Notes: generated by a model from the letters alone, not told the origin. A stretch of 64,000 nt of DNA from Macrostomum hystrix (GCA_950097015.1 CATNEN010000038.1:19530001-19594000), one strand, 5' to 3'. Counted from the first letter of the stretch, positions 1 to 19,311 are shown. Numbers and translations: made by a program.

Positions 1-470
1 TGACATCTAGAACTTAGAGAATGACATCTAGATCTGAGAGAACGACATCTAGATCTTAGAGAATGACATCTAGATCTTAGAGAATGACATCTAGATCTTA
101 GAGAATGACATCTAGATCTAAGAGAACGACATCTAGATCTTAGAGAATGACATCTAGATCTGAGAGAATGGCATCTAGATCTGAGAGAATGAAATCTAGA
201 TCTGAGAGAATGGCATCTGGATCTGGGAGAATACCATCTAGATCTGGAAGAATACCATCTAGATCTGGTAGAATACTATTTAGATCTGGAAGAATACTAT
301 CTAGATCTGGAAGAATACCATCTAGATCTGGTAGAATACTATTTAGATCTGGAAGAATACTATCTAGATCTGGAAGAATACCATCTAGATCTGGAAGAAT
401 ACTATTTAGATCTGGAAGAATACTATCTAGATCTGGAAGAACACTATTTAGATCTGGAAGATTTTCTTCT
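1..470. repeat. 21-bp minisatellite (TCTAGATCTGGAAGAATACCA-like) in an ABCC intron, open at the left edge
   Basis: Visible 21-bp periodicity. The unit drifts from TGACATCTAGATCTTAGAGAA to TACCATCTAGATCTGGAAGAA. It explains the spurious SRSGRIP ORF 147..488. Confidence 0.95.
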
Positions 471-515
471 ACGCCTGAAAAACATTAGCAACAAATAATA
501 GGAGCTTTGACTCAC

Positions 516-7431
<6,916 letters not shown>

Positions 7432-8430
7432 CTTTTTAAGTCCACAGGTTGGACTTAAGTACTTAGGTACTTAAGTAGATAACCGTCTATAGGTAATAGT
7501 TTATTGATATATCTCTTTGTCGCACTTATTCTGCTGCTGCAAAGTTGAGATTTAAAGCAAAGTTTTTCAGTTGGCAGAAAGAAGCGCGGAAATATAAATA
7601 CTATATATGAATGGGGTCTTTAATGCAAGCTAAAAAAAGACGGTGTGCAAAAAACTTCAAAGTGTACGAGACGGAATGAAAGCATGGATAGAAACGGAGA
7701 CAGAGTAGGTGCTAGTCGCTAGAATGAAAAGAAAACACTGGCCCAAACCTTTCGTCAGTAAAACTGCTAGCTTTATGCATACGGTACAGTGTAGGTAAAA
7801 CAAACATTTATTGTTAGAGATTGTGTGCTCAGCTACACACTGAGTACATATAGCTATAGTGATCTAGTAGGCAATAGGCCAGACATACGTACAGAAAACG
7901 TAGTGACTAGTAAGTATAAGCTGGCTGTATCACTCAACGGTTGTTCAGGTGTACATTCTCTCTCCCTCTCTCTCCATTTGGCGCTTCAGAAAGGACAATA
8001 AGACACAGACGTAAGCCATACGTATAATCTACGCGCTGACAGTTCATCAAGCCAAGCCCTCAGAAGTTGATCAATCTCTAGACAGATTTAGTGCAATAGG
8101 AGCTAGACAGCAATGCGAATGGCAAGCCAAACAAAACATTTAGTGTGTGTAGATAGAATGAATACAGGAGGACAGCAAGCAAAGAAGATGAGAATAGAAA
8201 ACGAGACAGGAAAACTACGATAGAGGAGAAAGAGATTGAAACAGGCGAAGTTGAGAATGGAAAAATTGATAGGAGAGTTGGAGAGGAAAGAGATTGAGGC
8301 AGGATGGTACAGAGGCGAGAGGTGGTTACAAGGGAAGTGAGAAGGGGAGGGATTGCCTCAGGTTAGGTTAAGAAGGGAGAACTCGTGACAGGAAAAGTTT
8401 ATTAGGCCTAGGCGAGATCGAGGTGTAAAT

Positions 8431-8752
8431 ATAAATAATAATAATTGCAGGAGGGCTGCAGGCAATAGCACATCATTTGGTGAGACTAGACCTGCAGCCA
8501 GCAAGGAGGCAATTCTGCCCATTTTACTGACTCCTGAGCACACAGGCACACAGATCCTATAAACAGGCATACACTCACACAGGTGTGTACATCTGCCTTG
8601 ACTTTCTCATTGTCAGGCAGTGTACTTTTTACTGTGCCTTGGAGGTTGGCCCTCAAGGGTGTAAATTGCACGACAAGTCACCAAGCCTTCTTTTCCATGG
8701 CTGCGCCCAAAAAGATTTGGCAAATTCATTAACCTCTCAGCCACCAACCCCT
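8431..8752 (-). mobile_element. tRNA-derived SINE family A copy (partly deleted head)
   Basis: Reverse complement of the body shared with 12420 and 18981 (CTGCCTGACxATGAGAAAGTCAxGGCAGATGTACACACCTGTGTGAG...GCAGCCCTCCTGCAATTATTATT). Ends in an (ATT)n tail. Confidence 0.85.
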
Positions 8753-9245
8753 AAATGCTCTTTTACTAAAAATAACTTTCAAACCAATAATTTTTAAATA
8801 AAAATGAAAGCATATTCACTATAGAATAGCCTGGAAATAAAAAAATTGTCTAAAGTAGCTTGACCTTTTCAAAGCACAACTATTTCTTGTTATAGTGAAT
8901 ATACTTGATATCAAACTGTACTAATTTATCACCAACATTAATAATGAAAAAAGGAAGGATGTAGAAAATTTAAGCAGTTAGCTAGACCTAGTATAGGCTA
9001 GGAGAAGGCTAGGAGATTGGCTAATACTCTTAACCATCTCAGGTATTTAAAGCCTAGGACTAGGTTAGGATAATAACTTAGGAATTGATATGAGCCTAAA
9101 CACTTATTAGCATACAAGCAACCTACTAGCAAGTGAGAATATTGTTCAGCTCTTTTCCTTGACATATAAAGTTATATACATGCAAGCTCAATTTTTGACA
9201 TAACATAAGGGGCCTACTTAATATAAGACACAATACTACATTGTA

Positions 9246-10521
9246 TAAGGGTGAGCCAAAAGTTTCCGGAATTTTTTTCAGCTAGATCTTCGTACACATT
9301 TTGTTTATGGTAAATCTCAAAAGTGGCAGTCATCCACTAGCATGCTTGCATGCATGCTTCTATCTATTTTACTCAGAATCAGCGCATCTCTTCAGCTCTG
9401 TTTGAATAGCCGCTATAGTAATAATAATGGACATGCCTAAAAACGAATGGCGAGCAATTCTGCTCAACCACTTTCACGCTGGAAGAAATGCAGCCGAGGC
9501 ACATCGCGAGCTATCAAGTCTGATGGGTCATCATGCACCCTCCAAGTCTACGGTGTACGAATGGTTCGCTAGCTTTGTAGAGGAGGACTGGAACCTGTCC
9601 GACAAACCAAGGTCAGGTCGACCCCCCACTGCCGATCAAGGTGCCGTTCTCCATGCCCTAGAGGACAACCCGGAGTACAGTGTGCGCAAGTTGTCGGCCA
9701 CAACTGGAGTGCCCTACAGCACAGTTCGACGGAGCCTGCATGATGCAGGCAAGGTTCCGAAGAAGCCGACTCTGGTACCCCATGAGCTGACTCCCCAGCA
9801 GATGGGCACTCGGGTCGAGATGGCAACTTCGAACCTCCTCCAGGCCCACTCGCCATATTTCCTAAAGTCCATCATTGCGCAGGATGAGAAGTGGGTCTCA
9901 TATGAAAATCCTATCGCATCGGCGGTCTGGGTGAATGCTGATGAAGAGCCACCAATCTGCTCCAGGCGAGACCCCCACTGTGGGAAGGAGCTCTTGTCCT
10001 TCTGGTTCTGCTCATCGGGCCCCATCTTCTGGGAGCTCATCCCGCATGGTGTGGCTGTCACTGCTGCTGTCATCTGCGAAGAACTGGAGCAAGTTGCCCA
10101 CCGGCTGCGATCCGTGTGCCCAGGGCACCGGGACAAAGTTCTTCTGTTTGACAATGCCCGACCACACAAGGCTAGAATCACCCAAGCCAAAATCGCGAGC
10201 CTCGGCTTCAGCGTTTTGCCTCACCCACCTTACTCGCCGGACCTCTCGCCATGTGACTACCATGTGTTCAGATCCCTCCAGAACTTCTGTGATGGTCGGC
10301 GGTTTGCGAACAAGCAGCATGTGGAGTTAGCAGTGCAGGAATGGATCGACTCTAGGCCAAGGAGCTTCTGGATGGAGGGGATTGAGGCACTGCCTATGAG
10401 ATGGGAGAGAGTCAAGGTCTTGAATGGCAACTATGTTACATCGTTTTAATCTGTTGACTTTGAATGCGAAAGTTGACTATGTTGATGCAATGAAATTCCG
10501 GAAACTTTTGGCTCACCCTTA
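9246..10521 (+). mobile_element. Full-length mariner transposon, 1276 bp
   Basis: 29-bp perfect TIRs TAAGGGTGAGCCAAAAGTTTCCGGAATTT, with flanking TA at 9244-45 and 10522-23. Contains an intact transposase ORF. Confidence 0.96.
9427..10449 (+). CDS. Mariner DD34D transposase, 340 aa, uninterrupted
   Basis: HTH N-terminus, PRSGRP, LVPHEL (a WVPHEL variant), QDEKW, FDNARPH and HPPYSPDLSPCDYHVF. I count 34 residues between the second and third Asp. Confidence 0.96.
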   Translation: MDMPKNEWRAILLNHFHAGRNAAEAHRELSSLMGHHAPSKSTVYEWFASFVEEDWNLSDKPRSGRPPTADQGAVLHALEDNPEYSVRKLSATTGVPYSTVRRSLHDAGKVPKKPTLVPHELTPQQMGTRVEMATSNLLQAHSPYFLKSIIAQDEKWVSYENPIASAVWVNADEEPPICSRRDPHCGKELLSFWFCSSGPIFWELIPHGVAVTAAVICEELEQVAHRLRSVCPGHRDKVLLFDNARPHKARITQAKIASLGFSVLPHPPYSPDLSPCDYHVFRSLQNFCDGRRFANKQHVELAVQEWIDSRPRSFWMEGIEALPMRWERVKVLNGNYVTSF

Positions 10522-11226
10522 TAATAGGGCCTAATACATTATATTCTATAGCAATATAGCTAGGCCTAATGGCTATTATTCTATATACCTTAGGTATAGC
10601 TAGTATTGGGCCTAATCCTAAGCTCTAAATATCCAAATTGCTTAAAATTATAGTCAATAAAAAATAATCAGTTAAATATCAGTTAAATCAGTTAAATCCT
10701 AGCTAGCAAAAATCAAATACTACAAAGTGTGCCTTTAAAAATATTACATAAAAGCAAAGCAGGACAGCATAAGCAAATGTACAAAGCTACAAAAACTTTG
10801 AGCATTTAAAGTCTATAAAAATTGTTATCAATATATGCATATAGAGTTTTTCAATTTCCTTATTTAGAGTCAATATTATTGAGCTAGGCCTAGTTAAAAA
10901 TTCAAGTAGCTAAGCTAGACCTCATGAGTCATTTCGAAAGTTTAAAGTTATATTGTTTAGAATATTCAAAGCACATTTAAACATAGTACATTGTGCCGAT
11001 GTGTATTTGGACATGTAATGTGATTTAAATATAAAAATGTAATATTGCTTCAGCAATTGCAAAAGTCTATGCACTCGAGTCTACACTCAGTATCTTTTGT
11101 GGGAAAACTAAAAACGAGAGATAGTCCATGAAGCTTAGTTCTTTTAGAGCTAAGGCGTAGATCATAAAGTGAAATACAATGTCGTCGAGGCACTGGCAGA
11201 TCTTCCTGTTGAATAGTCCCTAGTCT

Positions 11227-11520
11227 CATAGGCGTAGGAATGATTAAAAAAGTGGGGGGGCAAGGCCAAGGGGAGGATCCATTTCCCTGAAAAAAAATCC
11301 CAAAAATGACAATTGTTATTATTTCAATTATTATTTCAATATTGCCCTTGCAGTAAAAAATAGTAAAAAATAGTAAAAAATAGTAAAAAATTAGCAAAAA
11401 GTCAACATTTTGCATTTAAAATGTGGGGGGGCCAGATCTGGGCATAGCCATTACTGGCCCCCCCCAACTTAAAAAGTGGGGGGCCATGGCCCCACTGTCC
11501 CCCCCGTTCCTACGCCTATG
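11227..11520. mobile_element. hAT-type MITE, 294 bp
   Basis: 14-bp perfect TIR CATAGGCGTAGGAA/TTCCTACGCCTATG and a perfect 8-bp TSD CCTAGTCT (11219-26, 11521-28). Non-coding interior with G/C runs. Confidence 0.9.
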
Positions 11521-12419
11521 CCTAGTCTGATTCGCAGGCTCGTGTGAGCATCAGCATTGCATGAGCTCACTAGCTTTTACGCGTGTGTCTCTGTCTATTA
11601 TCTATCTAGTGCACTGAACACAACTATTATGGCTGTTAAGGCTTAAGGCTTAACAAAACAATACATTTCATGATCATGCATTGCACATAAAAATTTACAA
11701 AAAAATAATCGTCTGGTAGAATGGCAATCTGCACGTGCAGTGCAGTGCTTTCATGAAGTTTAATCAAGACAAATAAACCTTATAAAAATACAAATAATAA
11801 CCTTATGTCTTAGAAAACCTACAGTTGAATTAATTCAAATCAAGTGGCAAATAAACAAAACTGCATTACAGGTTTTCCCTTATTTTTTCAACAATGCAGT
11901 GTCATAAGGCCAAACTGGAAAAAATCACAGAATTTCAGATAAGACCAGAATCACAGATAAATCAGAGTGTTCAAGGCAAACTAGCCAACGTCTATTTTTT
12001 TGTGTCCATGGACTACAATTCAATTCTTAGACTTTCTACTGCCAAGCTTATAGTGAAATAATTTACTTCGGCAACGGGACCGACAACAAAAACAGCGTCA
12101 TCGATCTAAAAAATTCACAACCCTCTATTTGGTCCGGGAGCTAGCGTCTTTCAGAAGCCGGGCCGGTCAGACTTTTTCTTTTTTCTTTCTTTTTCTTCGG
12201 GCGAGCGTGGGCCAAGGCCCCAAGGACCACTAGTAAATAGTTGAGTATTCCGTGCAAGTCTACTTGAGTAGTCCGTGCAAGGCCCATGGGCCCGATGGCG
12301 GCCTGAAAGCCCCGCAGGACAGGTTAACTAGCGGTCAGCGCGCAGCTGACAGATGAGACGCTCTTGTCGACGCGATAGATCTTTCGCTGGCTTAGGCAGG
12401 TGGAATTATCTGGCTATCT

Positions 12420-12782
12420 CGGGTGGGGTCGGTGGCAGAGCGGTTAACGCGTTTGCCTCTCGAACAATGTCCCTAAGCTCGATTTCGCGGCGAGGCCACA
12501 TTAGCTTGGGGCGCAGCCGTGAAGAGAAGGCTTGGGTGCTTGTCGTGCAATTTACGCCCTTTAGGACCATCCTCCAGTGAAGTGTAAACTGCCTGACGAT
12601 GAGAAAGTCAGGGCAGATGTACAGATTTAACACACCTGTGTGAGCGCATGCCTGCGTACAGTATCTCTGTGTGTGTGGGAATGGGAAGTTGGGCCCTTCA
12701 GCCCTCCTGCAAAGATTATTTTTATTATCATTGTTATTACTATTATTATTATCATTATTATTAATATTTATTTTTTTATTAC
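12420..12782 (+). mobile_element. SINE family A copy with (TTA)n tail
   Basis: tRNA-like head (GGTGGCAGAGCGGTTAACGCG...AAGCTCGATTTC, Pol III A/B-box-like), the shared body and a TTA-rich tail. Confidence 0.85.
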
Positions 12783-12789
12783 TCTTATC

Positions 12790-13300
12790 AGGTATCTCGT
12801 TGTTCGATCTTAGCCTCCCTGCGTGGTCTCTAAAGCTTGAGCAGCAGCACGTAATGCAACGGCTCAGGGCAAAGTGCCTCTAACCAAGCTGACGTTGCCA
12901 GCCAGTGAAAGTCGCCGCCCGTGTAGCAGGTCAAAAGAGAAATGCGGCGTTGGTCTCGCTGCCTGGGCTGCTGCACACTTTGAACGCCGCGATTCTAGCG
13001 TGTCTGCATGCGCAGCGGCAAGCCATTAGTCCATCATCCAGAGCCTCGGTTTGTTGCATGGCCCAGACCAATCCTCATCATCTCGCCAGGTCGTCGGCGA
13101 CGTCAGGCACGAGTCCGCCGAGGTACACGAAGCTCTGGCAGCGGGTTAGTTGGATTGCATCTCCCGCGGCGCCTCTGTATTTGATCTCAGTTGTCGGTTT
13201 GCAGCTGTCGACTGGCAGTGTATAATTTTAATGTGCCTTGGGCTTTGGTCGCCATATTGAACGACAAGACCAAGTTTGTGACTGCTGATTCTAGCTCAGG
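12790..13300 (-). pseudogene. Decayed non-LTR retrotransposon (RTE-like) ORF2 C-terminal fragment
   Basis: The minus strand translates in pieces as CQSFVYLGGLVPDVADDLAR**GLVWA and RRLSLAGNV / EALCPEPLHYVLLLKL*RPRR. These resemble the F.YLG, RRL.LAGH and R.RG motifs after the RT domain of RTE-clade LINEs. Stops and frameshifts are present. Confidence 0.6.
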
Positions 13301-15389
13301 GACATTGGTGCCACTACGCCACTGGAAAAATTTTAAATTTAGTGAAATTTGAGATATTTGCGTCAGGGTGTCCATAGTGATCTATTTCCACCTTTGTAGC
13401 GCTTGAAGGTCTAGCAGTCCGTCTAGATAAGTGTAGGTGACCACCAAAGACGGAGATGATGCAGGCCCATTCGGATGACAATTTTTAAGGCCTTGCAGGC
13501 GCAGTGCTAATTTTTGAATAGGGGTGTATGAAATACACTAGCGCTTACATTAAAAATCCGACCATAGGCCAGAACCATTGAATATCTCGACGGTCTGAAG
13601 AGCTGGCGACTTGATTCTTGTTTGTAGAAGATTCGCCACAAAAGTTGGCCCGTGTTCTTTAGTTTCGTGTGCTCGCGTTGCTCCGTTCGGGTGCAGCACA
13701 AAAATTTCCCTCCCTCTTGGTAGTTAATTTAAATGTGATACATAAACGGCTTATATCAGTGCGTGATAAGTACGCCTCTCAAGGTTAACTTGTGAGGCAG
13801 TGAATAATTAAGATACTTTTTCATTTTGAATTCCCGCCACTTTTTCTCACGCGCTATCTATTTGTCGTAACCTCACGCAGCGCTCTTTGTTCGTTGTATG
13901 CGCACTCAAGCGGGACATGCACCCACCCCAATTTTGGTATATATATACAGAGAAGAATATAATGAGATCTTTAACCCTGTTACCCCTGTTGGACCTGCTT
14001 TAAATTCTATACGTTCTCAACGTTTTGTTCTACGAAATATAAGCGATTCGACTTCCTACCTCTTTCCCTGTTTCGCTATTAAATAAACCGAGTTCCTTAG
14101 TTATTTTCCTAATAAGAGAAAAACAGATAGATCCCTTTGCCTTCCCAATCCTCTCCCAAAGATCTCTCGTCGGCCTTCTTAACCCAAATCCACCCTATTA
14201 TATGACCCCTTTGAAATCCCAATATACCGCCCTAAAATCCCATCTAAAAGTCCACTTCAAGTCTATCTGAAGTCCACCTAAAGTTCCCTAAATACCCCCT
14301 GAAGTCCCAAAATTTCGCCTAAACTCCGCCTTTATCCCCCTAATGAAACTGTACTAATTCCGGACCCCGTAGAGGAAAGTATAAGTGAGAGTGCATAGGA
14401 CGTTCACCAGGCAACTTCGATCCATCCTGACACGCCCCACGGACTGTGTGCCCCAGATCAGTGACCTAAGCCCTCGTGCTAGCAGCAGTCGATTCCTCTC
14501 CCATCGTTAGTAGCTAGTGTCTTGCCGCTCGGGCATTAGCGCTACCTTAGGTATAACCCGAACTGCGTGGAAAATACCTATTCTCACCCTCATAATATAC
14601 GCTATACCATCCCCCCCCAAATACTCAGCTCACCAATCCCAAATCCAACAAATAGAGAGAGAGCTGAGAGGTCTAGGCTACACTTGTACTTGCCTTCCTT
14701 TTTGCATAACTCATTGATATCGGCTGTGGAATATAATCTGCAGCCGCAGTGGTCAGTTTGAGGCCCCTATTGATGTGTAATTTTAATGTCGAAATAAGAC
14801 AAAAAGTACATGTAGTTCTTAGACAGATTTCACAGTGCAAGCATAATTTTTTATGAAAAAAATTGAAAAATGTTTACAGTTTACGACTTCCTAAGATTTA
14901 TAATCGATAGGGAAACAACTAGTATTATTTATTAAACGTAAAAATAATATTATCAGACAATATAGTTATATACTGAAAGTTAGACGGGTAGATCACAAGG
15001 TGGACAAGATATTATGAAGACTCAATTTTGCTAAAAAATGTTTGTCAATCTACTTTCGATGATGACACCTGTTGAACGCTTCCGTACCCAGCTGCTGCTG
15101 TTGCGTCATCCGTTTTGGCTTTCATCAGATGCTTCTCGTCCGCGGATGGATTGATAATCTGTTCAATTTATTTTCGGGGATAACCAATTATTTCATTTAA
15201 AAAATAATCAGGTCGTCGGTGACTTAACTATCAATACGTAAAACTATGTCACATTGTTGTGTATATTGCTGCGTAACTAAGTAAATTAATGATGCCTTAA
15301 ATGATAAACATTTTCTCACACAACCTTTCTTTATGGTTTGATATTAAAATAACGAAATAGCTGTAACGTTTGGGGTTGGCAAGTTTGGG

Positions 15390-15985
15390 TTTGTGAAGTT
15401 TGCGAGCGTCAAGTTTTGGGTTGTGAAATTTTGGAGTTGTGGAGCTTTGGAGTTGTGGAGCTGTGTGAAATTTGGGGTTGTGGAGTTTTGGAGTTGTGGA
15501 GTTTTGGGGTTGTGGAGTTTTGGGGTTGTGGAGTTTAGGGGTTGTGGAGTTTTGGAGTTGTGGAGTTTAGGGGTTGTGGGGTTTTGGGGTTGTGAAGTTT
15601 AGGGGTTGTGGAGTTTTGGAGTTGTGGAGTTTTGGGGTTGTGGAGTTTTGGGGTTGTGGAGTTTTGGGGTTGTGGAGTTTTGGAGTTGTGGAGTTTAGGG
15701 GTTGTGGAGTTTTGGAGTTGTGGAGTTTTGGGGTTGTGGAGTTTTGGGGTTGTGGAGTTTTGGGGTTGTGGAGTTTTGGGGTTGTGGAGTTTTGGGGTTG
15801 TGGAGTTTTGGGGTTGTGGAGTTTTGGGGTTGTGGAGTTTTGGAGTTGTGGAGTTTTGGAGTTGTGGAGTTTTGGGGTTGTGGAGTTTCGGGGTTGTGGA
15901 GTTTTGGGGTTGTGGAGTTTTGGGGTTGTGGAGTTTTGGGGTTGTGGAGTTTTGGGGTTGTGAAGTTTTGGGTTGTGAAGTATGG
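15390..15985. repeat. G-rich 16-bp minisatellite (GAGTTTTGGGGTTGTG)
   Basis: 16-bp period with degenerate edges. It is the source of the WSFGVVEF/PKLHNPKT ORFs. Confidence 0.95.
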
Positions 15986-16144
15986 AGCTTTGCAGTTTTG
16001 GAGTAGTAAAATCTTAGAATATGAAGTTTTTGAGAAGCGAAGCGTCCCGTTCTGCAGGTATTGAGCACTCTAGATTCATAAGATGATTAACTACGCTAAG
16101 GTATTGATGGTAGCTATGCTTTTTTGCATTATAAAGAGCCAAGC

Positions 16145-18423
16145 TCATGTCGTCACCTCTTCAGCAGGCGGGCGAGTCTGCGCCAGAGATCTATCCTTGG
16201 TCTCAAATGGCAACAGGGCCGAACTGATCGTGGCCAGCAACAGCAGACCAGAAAAGATTAGAAGGCCGCCAAGCAGTGAGACTCTAGTGACAAAAATCTG
16301 CGCCACGTAGGGCACTAGAATCGACGCTACTCGGCTAAACGACGAATGAAAGCCGGCCGCAGTTGACCGAAGTGTCGTGGGGTAGGCCTCCAGAACGTAG
16401 AGCCAGATCACATTGTAGCCACTGGCGATGAAGAAGCGAATGACAAAGAACAGGCCGATTCTCGCTGCGCTGTCCATGCAGAAGCTAAGCAGGGGAACGA
16501 GTATTGAGGCCAGGCAGAAGGCGATGGTCATGATCAGGCGACGCCCAAGGAAGCGTTCGATTAGGAAAGCGTTGAGCAGCGAAGTTGAAATGTCGGCCAC
16601 CGCCGGAATCTGGAAAAAAATTTCAAGATTAAAATTTTTACTATTCTCTCGCAGTCGAGTTTTTCTGTCCGAAAACAGTGACCTTAGAGCTCGAATCCCA
16701 GGCGAGGCCACATTCATTTGAGACACAGCCGCGGAGGGAAGGCTGGAAAGGCTTGTCGTTCAATTTACGCCCATAATCTACCCTCAAACTACTCCCACCC
16801 AATGCACAGTGAGAGTTACCTGACGATGAGAATGACACACATCACAAACCACACTCACAAGCAATTCAACGTAGTTAAACGACTGGCAGCTGTGACAGGT
16901 GCGATCGAGTCCCGAATTCCACAGTTTGGTAGTTGTCGTGGCATTACCAGTGTCTGTTACTAGGCACTTGTCTCGCAACAGCAGCGGCACCTGGACATTC
17001 AATAGAATCATACCGTAGTAGTTGAATCCAGACGCGAATGCGATCACGGCCAGCTGCAGGCTGAGTCTCAGGTAAGTGTCTGGCCTAATCAGCTCAGTTA
17101 GATTGCCCCGCTTCTGCTTGCCCTGCAGTTCGCTAGCCGCAAAATCGCCCGCGTAGCGAGGCATCCGATTGATGTCGGCCATCTTGTCCAAGGCCTGCCG
17201 AGTCTCCATTATTTTGCCCTAGACAGAAAAAATCTATTTCGTGTTGTTTTTCTCTCTCTCTCGCTTTTACTGTCGGGCCCGTGGTGGGTTTCGATTGGCT
17301 GGCCCGGTCGGGGGTTTGCAAGGCAGAGATTTTTCCTTACCCCCCGGTGCGCATTCTATTGGCTGGAGCCGGGTAGACCGTTTAGCGTCTGTCTTTAAAC
17401 CGGAGCCAATGAAATAATTCTAACCCCGACAAGTCTGAAAAAGCAGTAATTCTGCCGCAAGTCGCCTCGGGGAATGGACTGGGATTTTAGAGTCTAAAAC
17501 AGTCGGAGTCCGATCCTCTCGCTGATCATTGGCAATCAGGGTTAATTAGTGTGAGCTCCTTCTTACGGCGTATTTTGGCTAACTCTAGAACAGGAAGGTC
17601 ATATTGTTGCTAGCTCTCTCGCGAGCTCACCTGTACCATGCTCTGCCTAGGTGACACTGGCAGCCAGAGCATCCAGGGCAGGCTGAGCAGCAGCATCGGC
17701 AGAGCTGTGAGCACAGCCAAGTAACGCCAGCCGTGAGGAAGTTCCAGTAATAGCCAGGCCAAGCCGATCTCGACAAAGCCGCCGACGCACCAGATGGCCT
17801 TGTGGTGAAGAGGAAACAAAGGAACAACAATTAGCTTAAAACCTTCCTGCAGTTGAGAAAGCAGTGCATTTTTCTTACCTGAAACACAAACCAGGCGATG
17901 CCACGTCGATCCGAGGTCATGAACTCGCTGAGGATGGCCGCAGTCAGCGGTTGCACACCGCCGATGCCGGTGCCAACAAGAAAGCGCAGCACCACCACCC
18001 AGATGATATTTGGCGCCAGTGCTGTCAAGCAGCCGTAGAATACAATGTAGGCCATGCACAGCCCAGTGACTGACCTGCGGCAGTGCTTGTCACCCAACGG
18101 TCCCCAGACATACGCCCCAACAAACAGGCCCATGAAGGTGCCCGACGTGATGAAGGACTTCCAATAGTCGCTGATCCACCAGACGCATTGCAGTTTCTGG
18201 CTGACCATGCTGACGTATTGAATTTCGAGCATATCGCTAGCTTGAATCAGACCGCATAGAAATATGACGCCTATCTGTAAAAAAGCGAAGTGAGTTTTCA
18301 GATCGACACTATAGGTTTAGGCGACTCTGTGTAGCACTTTGAGGTTCGTTGTTTTACCTGAAAGCGACCAAAGCCGATGTCTTCAATCACGGCGTCAACC
18401 GTCTTCGCACCGCTGCTGCTCAT
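16145..18423 (-). CDS. SVOP: SVOP-like (SV2-related) MFS transporter, 5 exons, about 484 aa
   Basis: Exons 18358-18423 (MSSSGAKTVDAVIEDIGFGRFQ), 17879-18274, 17631-17798, 16859-17218 and 16145-16609, all phase 0 with GT-AG ends. Motifs include WGPLGDKHCRR, LRFLVGTGIGG, GWRYL, LPVSPR, YVLEAYPTTLRST and LPFETKDRSL. Confidence 0.88.
16680..16832 (+). mobile_element. SINE family A fragment in SVOP intron 4
   Basis: GAGCTCGAATCC...GGCGAGGCCACATT...CACAGTGAGAGT..CCTGACGATGAGAA matches the other copies. Confidence 0.75.
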
Positions 18424-18980
18424 CTTCACTAGTGGCTATAATATCGAATGATGAAAGGTCTAGTATAATTTTATAATATCCCTTCCGAGCTCTCTGTTTT
18501 TCAAACGATGTCTGTTGATATAGCTTGAGAGTATAGTATAGGTGGTACGACAGTCGCATGACTTTGCAGAGCCGTTTATTGTTCTTGTCTCTGAATATAT
18601 GTACAATAAGCCCAATTCTTTAAGTCTGTGCACAACTTAAACAAATCTCTCACCTGAAGGCTGAAACTTACTAGCCTGTTATCTTGCCTACAGTGTTCTC
18701 AAAATTCATTCATTGTACGTTCTCAAAACTCACTGGCCGCATTTGGGCAGTGCAGAGTCTGCTATTTGCTTCTCAACTTCTTTCAATCTAAGGCTTGAAA
18801 AAGTGTAAACATTTTTTGTTAACCATTATACACTACGCCAAACCTCTGGTCAGGCACGTGCCATTTTTTAAAGTGAAAGTATTTGGATGACTATACAGAC
18901 TAAAATACGGTTTTCTTCCGTAAAAAACTGTTAAAACTATTTATTTTTTTACTCCAAGGGGTTGTAGCTAAATTGTTTAA

Positions 18981-19303
18981 AGGGGGTGAGTCGCAGAGCG
19001 GTTAGCGTTTTGCCTCTCGCACCAAGGTCCCTGAGCTCGATTCCGTGGCGAGGCCACATTTATTTTTGGCGCAGCCGCGGAGAGAAGGCTTGTGGGCTTG
19101 TGCGCACAGTGAGAGTGTGCACTGCCTGATGAGGAGAAAGTCGGGGCAGATGTACACACCTGTGTGAGTGTGTGCCTGTGTACCGTATGTGTCCGTGTAT
19201 GCTCAGGAGTCAGTGGAACAGGCAGATTGCCTCCTCGCTGGCTGAGGGTCTATTTTTACCGAACTATGTTCCATTGCCCGCAGCCCTTCTGCAATTATTA
19301 TTA
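18981..19303 (+). mobile_element. SINE family A copy
   Basis: Head GGGGGTGAGTCGCAGAGCGGTTAGCG...GAGCTCGATTCC, the shared body, and the end CTGCAATTATTATT. Confidence 0.87.
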
Positions 19304-19311
19304 ATATAATT

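Noticed and set aside
15535-15700. Interstitial telomere
   Set aside because: TTTAGGGG occurs only as scattered variants of a 16-bp unit and never as a tandem telomeric hexamer.
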